A DNA stretch of 64,000 bases. Origin: an uncultured delta proteobacterium (GTDB lineage Bacteria > Myxococcota > Myxococcia > Myxococcales > Myxococcaceae). Every line of letters starts with the position of its first letter. Position 1 is the first letter of the stretch. Positions 51,282 to 59,811 of this stretch are shown piece after piece. Location: NCBI GenBank assembly GCA_963796055.1, contig CAWCKH010000006.1:32001-96000 (forward strand). Direction: 5' to 3'. Position numbers and translations under genes: made by a program. The notes under the pieces were generated by a model that searched no databases, was not told where the DNA came from, and saw only the letters and a program-made list of their open reading frames with translations.

Positions 51282-52309
51282 AGGCACTGGTCACCGGGGC
51301 CAACGGATTCCTCGGCCGTCACGTGGTCCAGGCCCTGCTCGCTCGCGGGGTGGAGGTCCGCGCCCTGGTCCGGCCGGCAGCCCGGCTGGACGCGCTGGGA
51401 TGGACGTCGGAGGTGCAGGTGGACCGGGCGGACCTCCGCGGAGCCCTGGACCTCCACCGCTCCCTCGAAGGCGTCGACGTGGTGGTGCACCTCGCCGCGG
51501 CCGTCACCGGCGGCGAGGACGCCCAGTTCGCCTCGACCGTGGGCGGAACGGAGAAGCTTCTCCAGGCGATGGCCCGGAGCTCCTGCCCGCGTCTCGTCCT
51601 CGCCAGCAGCTTCTCGGTCTACGACTGGAGCGCCATCCACGGAGAGCTGGACGAGCAGTCCCCTCTGGAAGCCGGGGAGGATCTCTACGCCCGTGACGGG
51701 TACTCCATCGCCAAGTCGTGGCAGGAACGCATCGTCCGGCGCGCTGCGGCCGAGCATGGCTGGGAGCTGACCGTGCTCCGGCCGGGGTTCATCTGGGGCC
51801 GCGACCACGCCACCCTGGCCGCGATGGGACAGCGGGTCGGCCCGGTCCACCTGGTCATCGGTCCGCTGGCGCGCATGCCGATGACCCACGTCGAGAACTG
51901 CGCGGACCTCTTCGCCCTGGCCACCGTCGACCGGCGCGCGGTGGGCGAGACGTTCAACGTGGTCGACGGGCCGGGCGAGCGGATCTGGCCCTTCCTCGGG
52001 GAGTACCTCCGCCGGACCGGGGCGCGCAGCGTCCGCATCCCCATCCCCTACGACCTCGCGCATGGGGTGGTGAGCGCGGCGTTCGCCACCGTCTTTCGCC
52101 GCAACCTCAAGCTTCCGCAGATCCTCATCCCTTGCCGCTTCGAATCGCGCCTCAAGCCCCTGAACTACGACTGCCGGCGAGCGCGCGAGGTCCTCGGCTG
52201 GCAGCCGCCGTTCGATCTCGCCCGCTGCCTGGAGAAGACCTTCGGCCCACCGCCGTCCGCCGCCTCCCGCGAGGAGGACCCGCCGCGGCTGGCGCGCGCC
52301 TCCGGGTGA
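51278..52309 (+). CDS. NAD-dependent epimerase/dehydratase
   Basis: VTGANGFLG, HLAA, SSFSVY, YSIAK and LRPG motifs; GTGA overlap. Confidence 0.9.
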   Translation: MKALVTGANGFLGRHVVQALLARGVEVRALVRPAARLDALGWTSEVQVDRADLRGALDLHRSLEGVDVVVHLAAAVTGGEDAQFASTVGGTEKLLQAMARSSCPRLVLASSFSVYDWSAIHGELDEQSPLEAGEDLYARDGYSIAKSWQERIVRRAAAEHGWELTVLRPGFIWGRDHATLAAMGQRVGPVHLVIGPLARMPMTHVENCADLFALATVDRRAVGETFNVVDGPGERIWPFLGEYLRRTGARSVRIPIPYDLAHGVVSAAFATVFRRNLKLPQILIPCRFESRLKPLNYDCRRAREVLGWQPPFDLARCLEKTFGPPPSAASREEDPPRLARASG

Positions 52310-52482
52310 TGGGTCGCCCGGACCCCACCGCAACGGGCCGCCTCGACACGTCCCGACCGCGGCGTTGCACGACCTGGAAAATGAGAGCCTGAATAGAAGC
52401 AACATTCTGGTGAGGAGTTGCGCCACACCGGCGCCTCTGGCGTCGCGGTATATCGAGCAGCCTCCAGCTCGCCGGGGCGGCC

Positions 52483-54552
52483 ATGGACGCGAATCCTTCG
52501 ATCTCGAGACTGAAGTTCCTGCTTCTCGGGGTCGGCCTGTCGGCCTGCTCGTGCTTCGGAACGGTGGGCCTGGCCACCAGCACGACTGACGGCGGCGGTG
52601 GTGGTGGCGGAGGAGTGGTCTCCATCGCCGTCAACCCGACCTCGGTGGCGGTCGCCCCGGGAGCGACGTTCAGCTTCTCCGCCGTCGTGAGCGGCGGCAG
52701 CTCCAGCGCGGTCACCTGGGCGGTCCAGGAGGCCGGGGGCGGCACCATCGACCCGGGCGGCAAGTACACCGCTCCGGCCACCGAGGGTAACTACCACGTG
52801 GTCGCGACCAGCGTGGCGGACACCTCGAAGAGCGCCGCGTCCTCGGTCGCGGTCACCGTGCTCACCGCGCTCGGGCCCGACCGCCTCACGGTGTGGAACC
52901 CCGGGGTGTCGGGAGGCATCCCCAACCGGACGACGGTGTGCCGGACGGTGAACTCGCCGGGCAGCTCCGACGCCACCGCCCTCATCCAGGCGGCCATCGA
53001 CGCCTGTCCCGCAGGCCAGGTGGTGCAGCTTGGCCCGGGAACCTTCACCATCGGCACCACCGGCGGCTACCTCCTCATCAACAAGGGCATCACCCTCCGC
53101 GGCGCCGGGCCGGGGCAGACCACCCTGCAGAAGACCAACGGCGCCAGGCCCAACACCGAGACCCCCGGACCCAACCCCTCGCCCATCGTCATCATCGGCG
53201 CCGCCCGCTACGACAGCCTCTCCTCCAGCTCCACCGACCTCACCGCCGACGCCGTCAAGGGCAGCAACTCCGTCACCGTCGCCAACGCCTCCGCCTTCTC
53301 CGCCGGACAGTTCGTCCTCCTCGACGAGCTCTCCGGCTCCGGCTGGCAGACCGACCCCGCCGGGCGCGGGCAGATCTGGGCCTCTCCCGACTTCCAGGTG
53401 GTCTGGCAGCGCCACAACCCGCCCCAGGGCTCCGACGACCCCTTCCCCGACGCCTTCAGCTGGTTCTGCCGCGCCGACCGCCCCACCACCGAAATCAAGC
53501 AAATCGACCACGTCAGCGGAAACACCATTTTCTTCAACACGCCCATCCACATCGCCTACCGCACCTCTCACTCCGCCCAGCTCACCACCTTCAGCTACCC
53601 CTTCGTCCAGCACGCCGGCCTCGAGGCCTTGAAGGTCATCGGAGGGGATGACGGCAACGTCCGCTTCCAGTGGACCGCCAACTCCTGGGCCAAGGACATC
53701 GACAACGACACCTGGTTCGGCGAGGGCTTCGCCCTCGAGCGCTGCTTCCGCGTCGAGATTCGCGAGTCCTACGTCCACGACGCCGCCTGGGCCCAGCCCG
53801 GAGGCGCCGGCTACGCCATCAGCCTCGCCTGGGGCACCTCGGAGGCGCTGGTGGAGAACTCCATCATCGTCAAGGCCAACAAGGTGATGGTCGGCCGCTC
53901 CTCCGGAGCTGCCTCGGTCTTCGGTTACAACTACGTCGACGACGGCTACATCAACACCAACACCGGGTGGATCGAGGTCGGGCTGAACGCCTCACACATG
54001 GTGGGGCCGCACCACGTGCTCTTCGAGGGGAACTACGGCTTCAACTGGGACTCGGACCAGACGCACGGCAACTCCATCTACCACACGATTTTCAGGAACC
54101 ACCTCTCCGGCGTGCGGCGTGACTTCACCGACGGCGGGCCGAAGCGCTGCGCAGGCGCGATGTTCTATTCCTACTTCCACAGCTTCATCGGCAACGTGAT
54201 GGGGCGAGCTGGACAGATGGGCGGCTGGGTCTACGAGAGCGGCGACATGGACACCCCGAGCATCTACAAGCTCGGCTGGGACGGTCAGCCGCCCTACCCG
54301 GTGGACCCGCGGGTCACCGCCACCGCCGTCCGCCACGGCAACTTCGACTACGTCACCAGCTCGGTGAAGTGGGAGCCCACTGTTCCGGAGCAGAGCCTGC
54401 CGAGCTCGCTCTACCTCACTCACAAGCCTGCGTTCTTCGACGCCGGCCGAGGCTACACCTGGCCCTGGGTGGACCCGGTGGGGACGACGAAGCTCTACAC
54501 CCTTCCGGCGAAGGCCCGCTTCGAGGCCGGCACCCCATTCGTCCAGCCCTGA
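52483..54552 (+). CDS. Lipoprotein paralogue: one Ig-like repeat plus the beta-helix domain
   Basis: Lipobox LSAC; poly-Gly linker; one Ig unit; C-terminal ~558 aa nearly identical to the 29495-33355 product. Confidence 0.85.
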   Translation: MDANPSISRLKFLLLGVGLSACSCFGTVGLATSTTDGGGGGGGGVVSIAVNPTSVAVAPGATFSFSAVVSGGSSSAVTWAVQEAGGGTIDPGGKYTAPATEGNYHVVATSVADTSKSAASSVAVTVLTALGPDRLTVWNPGVSGGIPNRTTVCRTVNSPGSSDATALIQAAIDACPAGQVVQLGPGTFTIGTTGGYLLINKGITLRGAGPGQTTLQKTNGARPNTETPGPNPSPIVIIGAARYDSLSSSSTDLTADAVKGSNSVTVANASAFSAGQFVLLDELSGSGWQTDPAGRGQIWASPDFQVVWQRHNPPQGSDDPFPDAFSWFCRADRPTTEIKQIDHVSGNTIFFNTPIHIAYRTSHSAQLTTFSYPFVQHAGLEALKVIGGDDGNVRFQWTANSWAKDIDNDTWFGEGFALERCFRVEIRESYVHDAAWAQPGGAGYAISLAWGTSEALVENSIIVKANKVMVGRSSGAASVFGYNYVDDGYINTNTGWIEVGLNASHMVGPHHVLFEGNYGFNWDSDQTHGNSIYHTIFRNHLSGVRRDFTDGGPKRCAGAMFYSYFHSFIGNVMGRAGQMGGWVYESGDMDTPSIYKLGWDGQPPYPVDPRVTATAVRHGNFDYVTSSVKWEPTVPEQSLPSSLYLTHKPAFFDAGRGYTWPWVDPVGTTKLYTLPAKARFEAGTPFVQP

Positions 54553-54555
54553 TCG
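52876..54555 (+). repeat. 1.68-kb direct repeat, copy 2
   Basis: Near-identical to 31679-33358. Confidence 0.97.
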
Positions 54556-54569
54556 AGCACCCCGACCGG

Positions 54570-56450
54570 ATGAGACGTCGCTGGACACGCTGGCACGTAC
54601 TCGGCGCCGTCGCGCTCGTTCTCGTGCTGGCGGTGGAGGGCCGAGCCCGCATCAAGAAGGCCGCCAGATCGGCCGTCGGATGGTGGTCGAGCCGCGCGCG
54701 CAGCAAGCAGGCCGTCCCCGAGCGTCCCTTCGGGCTGCTGGCCGCGTCGCAGGTCGGCTACGGGCCCGCGATGCAGAAGCGTTTCAGCTCGCCCCGACCG
54801 TTCCAGTCCTTCCAGGTGGTCCGGGACCCGGACGGCGCCGTCGTCCTCTCGGGCGGACCGCTGTGCGAGCTGCCCACGCCGGGGCTCGGCCCGGTGGCGA
54901 CGGTGACCCTCGGCGACTTCTCCGCGCTGGACGCGCCGGGCCGCTACCACCTGGTCGCCGGCGAGCTGAGCAGCCACTCCTTCCAGGTGGGCGCCGAGGT
55001 GTTCGACCGGCCGGTCCGCGCGGCCCAGCGCGCCTTCTACTTCCAGCGTGCATTCACCGCCATCGACCCTGCCCACGCCGAGGGCCCGTGGATCCACGGG
55101 AGCGATGCGCCGCTCGCCCCGCCGGGAGTGCGGGCCGGATGGCACGACGCCGGCGACTTCTCCATCTACAGCGCGTCGCTCAACACCGCGCTCTACTGGA
55201 TGCTCGAGGCCTACGAGGACTTCGCCCCGTCGGCCGACGACACCAACATCCCCGAGTCGGGGAACGGCATCCCCGACCTCCTCGACGAGGCCCGCTGGGG
55301 GCTGGAGTGGCTGCTCTCGACGCAGGACCCCTCGGGGGGATTCCGCAACTCGACCTGCGAGGAACGCTACGGGCCCTACGGCACGAACTGGCCGGAGCGG
55401 ATGCCGCCCTACCGGGCCGGCGAGGTGGGGACGCTGGCCACGGCGCGGGCGGTGGGCCTCCTCGCCTACGGCTCGACGGTGTGGCGGCGCTTCGACGCGG
55501 CCTTCGCCAATCGGGCGCTGCAGGCCGCGCTCGCCGGGGACCGCTACCTCCAGCAGCATCCCGAGTCCTCCGACGGCCCCACCTGTCCGCCCTACCGCGC
55601 CGACGGGGACGAGAACATCGGCCGGCACACCCGCATGCTCGCCGCCGCCGGGCTCCTCCTCGCCACCGGGGAGGCCCGCTACCGCGACGACTTCGAGCGG
55701 AGCTTCCTCCCCCTGGACCACGACCCGAGCTACATGCACACCAACGGCTTCGCCGCCCAGATCTACCTGCGCGCTCCGGGCGGCAGCCCCTCGCGCAAGG
55801 CGGCGGTCCGCGCGAGCCTGCGGGGGCGCGCCGAGTGGAGCATCGTCGAGGGACGAAGGAACGCCTTCGAGCACTCGGCCCCCACCTTCTGGGGGTCGAT
55901 CGGCGCCGGGTTCACCCGGACCGGCTCCTACAACGTCAAGCGCTGCCTCGAGCGCGGCATGCTTGCGGACTGCGACCAGGCCGCGGCCAACGTCCACTAC
56001 GCGCTCGGCCGGAACTACCTACACCTGGCGTACGTGAGCGGCCTCCCAGGAGTGACCCACGGGCGGGTCAGGGCCTTCCACCACTGGCTCGCGGCGCTCC
56101 GGGCCGAGCCCTTCCTCCCGCCGGGGCTGGTCGCCGGAGGTCCCAACGACTCTCCGGAGGCGCTCGACACCTCGAATCCTCGCGCCCGCCCGATTCCCAT
56201 CTGGGGCTACTGGGGAGATCCGGCGTTCCCCCGCAAGGCCGACACCCCCTTCGAGATGCGCTACACGGACAACGACAGCTGGTCGACGAACGAGGTCTCG
56301 CTCGACTGGCAGGCGTCGACGCTCTACAGCCTGTACTTCGCGCAGTGGGTCGCACGAAACCCCCTCACGCGGCGAGGACCGGCTCCACTTGAGCCGCCCC
56401 TCCCCGACGGTAAAGTGCCCCGGTGCGACGAGAGACCGGATCCCCGCTGA
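54570..56450 (+). CDS. Glycoside hydrolase family 9 with N-terminal membrane anchor
   Basis: SQVGY, DFS....PGRY, GWHDAGD, IPDLLDEARW, LGRN and STNEVSLD motifs. Confidence 0.88.
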   Translation: MRRRWTRWHVLGAVALVLVLAVEGRARIKKAARSAVGWWSSRARSKQAVPERPFGLLAASQVGYGPAMQKRFSSPRPFQSFQVVRDPDGAVVLSGGPLCELPTPGLGPVATVTLGDFSALDAPGRYHLVAGELSSHSFQVGAEVFDRPVRAAQRAFYFQRAFTAIDPAHAEGPWIHGSDAPLAPPGVRAGWHDAGDFSIYSASLNTALYWMLEAYEDFAPSADDTNIPESGNGIPDLLDEARWGLEWLLSTQDPSGGFRNSTCEERYGPYGTNWPERMPPYRAGEVGTLATARAVGLLAYGSTVWRRFDAAFANRALQAALAGDRYLQQHPESSDGPTCPPYRADGDENIGRHTRMLAAAGLLLATGEARYRDDFERSFLPLDHDPSYMHTNGFAAQIYLRAPGGSPSRKAAVRASLRGRAEWSIVEGRRNAFEHSAPTFWGSIGAGFTRTGSYNVKRCLERGMLADCDQAAANVHYALGRNYLHLAYVSGLPGVTHGRVRAFHHWLAALRAEPFLPPGLVAGGPNDSPEALDTSNPRARPIPIWGYWGDPAFPRKADTPFEMRYTDNDSWSTNEVSLDWQASTLYSLYFAQWVARNPLTRRGPAPLEPPLPDGKVPRCDERPDPR

Positions 56451-57625
56451 CCGGCCACATCGCGGGCCTGGATGGCGTTCGAGGGCTGGCGATCCTGCTG
56501 GTGATGGCGTCGCACTTCCTCGGAGAGGCCACCTTCGAGACTCCGGTCCAGAAGTTCCTGGTGCGCTCGGCCAGCTACGGCGTGGTCGGCGTGGATCTGT
56601 TCTTTGTCCTTTCCGGGTTCCTGATCACCGGCCTCCTCCTCGACGCCCGGGGAACGCCGCACTACTTCAGGAATTTCTACGCGCGCCGGACGCTCCGCAT
56701 CTTCCCGCTCTACTACTTCGCGCTCGCCGTCCTGTTCTTCGTGACGCCCCTCTTCCTCAGCCCCACCCCGCTGATGGAGGCGTCCCGCGAGCATCAGATC
56801 TGGGCCTGGACGTACACCACCAACTTCTACCTCGCCCACCGGGGCACCTGGGCCTCGGTGGCCTACGTCAGCCACTTCTGGTCGCTGGCCATCGAGGAGC
56901 AGTTCTATCTGTTCTGGCCGGTGGTCGTGCTCACCTTCGGGACCACGGCGCTGCGGAGGATCTGCCTCGGCGTGGTGGCCGGTGCCCTCGCCCTCAGGCT
57001 CACCCTGGCACTGCTGGGAACGAGCCAGCTCTCCATCTCCGTGCTCACGCCCTGCCGGATGGACGCCCTCTGCATCGGCGCGCTGCTGGCGCTCCTCGTC
57101 CGGCAGCCGGAGGGGCTCCCGAAGCTCCTCCGCTCACCGGGCCGGGCGGCGCTGCTCCTCGGCGCCCTGAGCCTCGGGCTCACCCTCTTCCGGATCCGCA
57201 CCCAGCTGGCGGTGCCGGTCGTCCACCAGCTGGTGATGGCGCTGAACGCGCTGCTCTTCGGAGCGCTGATCCTCCTCGCGCTCGACGGGGCCAGCAGGGT
57301 GAGCCGAGTCTTCCGGACGCCGGTCCTCCGGTTCCTGGGCAGGTACAGCTACGGCCTCTACGTCTACCACGTGATCTTCCACTGGGGGCTCAAGGAGCGA
57401 CACGTGCTCCGCCGGCTCGACGAGCTGCTCGGAGGACATGCGCTGGCAATGGCCGCCCTGGTGCTGATCGGCTTCACCCTCTCGCTCGGCGTGGCGATCC
57501 TTAGCTACGAGCTGCTGGAGAAGCGCTTCCTGGAGCTGAAGCGGTTCTTCCCCGCCGGAGGTCAGCGCGAGGCGAGGACGGCCCCGATGAGCCTCTCCCG
57601 TCCCACCATCTCGACGATCCGCTGA
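56423..57625 (+). CDS. Acyltransferase-3 (OafA-like O-acyltransferase)
   Basis: LDGVRGLAI, GVDLFFVLSGFLI, RRTLRIFP, HFWSLAIEEQFY and LGRYSYGLY motifs. Confidence 0.93.
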   Translation: MRRETGSPLTGHIAGLDGVRGLAILLVMASHFLGEATFETPVQKFLVRSASYGVVGVDLFFVLSGFLITGLLLDARGTPHYFRNFYARRTLRIFPLYYFALAVLFFVTPLFLSPTPLMEASREHQIWAWTYTTNFYLAHRGTWASVAYVSHFWSLAIEEQFYLFWPVVVLTFGTTALRRICLGVVAGALALRLTLALLGTSQLSISVLTPCRMDALCIGALLALLVRQPEGLPKLLRSPGRAALLLGALSLGLTLFRIRTQLAVPVVHQLVMALNALLFGALILLALDGASRVSRVFRTPVLRFLGRYSYGLYVYHVIFHWGLKERHVLRRLDELLGGHALAMAALVLIGFTLSLGVAILSYELLEKRFLELKRFFPAGGQREARTAPMSLSRPTISTIR

Positions 57626-58083
57626 GATTCCGGGATCGAGCTCCTCCCCTTCTCCAGCACGAGGAGCACCGCGTCGCAGACCGCGAGGATGCGGAGGGCC
57701 ATCGGGTTCTGGAGGGGGCTGTCGATGGCGATGACGAACCGCTTCCGCTCTCCGAGCGAGCTCACCTTGCTCACCGCGTTGGCCACCGCCGAGACCCGCT
57801 CCGGACTGAGCTCGAGGATGTTGACCGGCCTCAGGGCTCCGTACTGGGCCTGCCTGGCCACCTCCACCAGCTTCTCCACCAGGCGCCAGGACCGGCGCCC
57901 GTCGTCGGCGGAGATGACCGCCAGGCTGGTCCAGGGCCGGACGATGAGCAGGTGCCAGAGCGCGGTGACGCTGTAGCTCGGTGCCGGCGCCTCCTCGCGG
58001 GCGAGCCGGGCCGCGGCGTCTGCCACCGCTTCTTGTATCGGCAGCGGCGTCGGGGAACCGCTCTCTGAAGACTTGCTCGACAT
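57562..58083 (-). CDS. Second BY-kinase-like pseudokinase
   Basis: Paralogue of 19102-19605: LW..L....W.SL..., VIAIDSPL, CDAVLLVLEKG, RLIGAVL; no Walker A. Confidence 0.7.
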   Translation of the reverse strand: MSSKSSESGSPTPLPIQEAVADAAARLAREEAPAPSYSVTALWHLLIVRPWTSLAVISADDGRRSWRLVEKLVEVARQAQYGALRPVNILELSPERVSAVANAVSKVSSLGERKRFVIAIDSPLQNPMALRILAVCDAVLLVLEKGRSSIPESQRIVEMVGRERLIGAVLASR

Positions 58084-58143
58084 CGACCGGTGGATGGGCT
58101 CGATACCACGGACCGGCGGCGGGCCGCAGCGTCCGTGGCTTCC

Positions 58144-59589
58144 TCAGAGCTCCCGGAACTCACCCAGGAGCGGGACACCGATGACGTGCTCGACCTGCCA
58201 GTCCTCGAGCACCTTCCGGGAGGCGAGGTCCAGGAGGGCCACCCCGATGACGCCGAGGACGAAGCCGGCCACGATGCTAGCGATGATGATCAGCCCCGGC
58301 TTGGGCTTGATCGGGCCCCTCGGCAGCTGCGGCGGCTTGATCACGCTGTACCGGTACTTGAAGGCGGCCTGAGCACTGTCCTGCTGGAGGCGCGCGCCGT
58401 CGATGCGATCGAGCAGACCGTTGTAGCGGGCGATGGCATGCCGGACCTGGGTCTTGACGTACTCGATCTCCGGATCTTCAGCCTCCCGCGCGTCCTCGGG
58501 ATCCAGACCCGCCGCCAGGTCGCGGGTTCGCGCAGCCTTCAGCGCCACCTCGTCGAGGAGGCCCCGCTGCTTGAGCTCCGATTCCAGGGGCAGCAGCTCC
58601 TTCTGGAGGGCCGCCACCTGTGGCGACTCCCTCCGCAGCGCTTCCAGGCTCCCTTTCAGGTCGACCACCGCCGGATAGGTGTCGGAATAGAGCGCCTTCT
58701 GTTCCTGGAGCTTGCCTTCCAGCTCGGTGATCCGCCGACGCCGGGCGTCCTCGAGATCGGCGATCGCCCGTCGCCTGCTCTCCACCTGCACCGCCAGCTG
58801 GGAGGCCTTCGGATCGAGCGGGGTGACGGTGGGGGTCTCGACCGGTCGTCGGACGCGCTTCCCCAGCTTGAGCGCGCGCGCCGAGCGGAGCTCCTCCAGC
58901 TTCCGGCGCGACTCGTCCAGCGCCTCCTTCGCGATGGAGGCCCGGTTCTCGAGGATGGCGATGGCGTCGCCGATGCTGGAGATCTCGGCGACGTGACGCG
59001 CCTCGAGGAAGTTGTCCAGCGCCGACTCCATCAGGTTGAAGGCCAGCTGCTTGTCCGGGAAGTGGATGCCGATGGTCACCGTGCCTTCCCCGGTGGCGAC
59101 CCACATCTGCTTCTCCAGATAGCCGACGAAGGACTCGATCTTCTCGTCCCGGGTGGGGCGGCGGAAGAGCTTTTCCCAGATCGCGTCCTTCACCCTGAGG
59201 GCCGGCGCGCGCCGGAGCGGCCAGCGGTCCAACAGAGCGGTCTGGTCGATCAGGGCCACCAGGTTGTCGTGCCGGAGCACGGTCTCGGCGGCCTGCTTGG
59301 TGGGTGCATCCAGACCGCCCGGAACGGCGCGATCGGTCAACGCGGCGATCGTCTCCGCCTTCTGGGCCTGGAGGGTCGTCATCACCTCGAAGGTCTTGGG
59401 AAGCACCGCCAGGAGCGCGACGACGATCGCCACCACCCCGAGCCAGACCGACGCCAGCAGCAGCCGGTGCCGCCTCATGGCGTGGACCACCAGGAGCGCG
59501 AACCGGCCGATGGCCGACCAGTCGAAGAGGTCGACGGGGAGGGTCTCCAGCTTCCGGTTCTTGGCCCCTGGCCGGGTGGGATGCCTCAT
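58144..59589 (-). CDS. Polysaccharide co-polymerase 2 (paralogue of 17563-19017)
   Basis: Shared AAE.VLR.DNL..LI.QT, NFLE.RH..E.S.I and AAFKYRYSV..PP; start 59589 assumed (ORF extends to 59631). Confidence 0.88.
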   Translation of the reverse strand: MRHPTRPGAKNRKLETLPVDLFDWSAIGRFALLVVHAMRRHRLLLASVWLGVVAIVVALLAVLPKTFEVMTTLQAQKAETIAALTDRAVPGGLDAPTKQAAETVLRHDNLVALIDQTALLDRWPLRRAPALRVKDAIWEKLFRRPTRDEKIESFVGYLEKQMWVATGEGTVTIGIHFPDKQLAFNLMESALDNFLEARHVAEISSIGDAIAILENRASIAKEALDESRRKLEELRSARALKLGKRVRRPVETPTVTPLDPKASQLAVQVESRRRAIADLEDARRRRITELEGKLQEQKALYSDTYPAVVDLKGSLEALRRESPQVAALQKELLPLESELKQRGLLDEVALKAARTRDLAAGLDPEDAREAEDPEIEYVKTQVRHAIARYNGLLDRIDGARLQQDSAQAAFKYRYSVIKPPQLPRGPIKPKPGLIIIASIVAGFVLGVIGVALLDLASRKVLEDWQVEHVIGVPLLGEFREL

Positions 59590-59633
59590 GGCCCAGGGCT
59601 CTCCATCGGCAGGGAGTGTATCATCCGCCACCG

Positions 59634-59810
59634 GTGAAGGCGTTCCTCCTTCTCTCCATCCTGCTGGCGACGTTCATCCTGCCGAGCCTGGTGGCGCGAG
59701 CACGCGAGCCTCGGCGCGCCCTGTGGTCGATGCTCGGAGCGCTGTTCCTGTTCGAGCTGGGCTACGGCACCTTCCTCTATTTCGTCTACCTCAAGCTCGG
59801 TTTCGGTTGA
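59634..59810 (+). CDS. Small 58-aa two-TM membrane protein upstream of wzy
   Basis: GTG start; MKAFLLLSILLATFILP...AREPRRAL...LGALFLFELGYGTFLYFVYLKLGFG; GC3-rich codons; stop 1 nt before wzy start. Confidence 0.72.
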   Translation: MKAFLLLSILLATFILPSLVARAREPRRALWSMLGALFLFELGYGTFLYFVYLKLGFG

Positions 59811-59811
59811 T

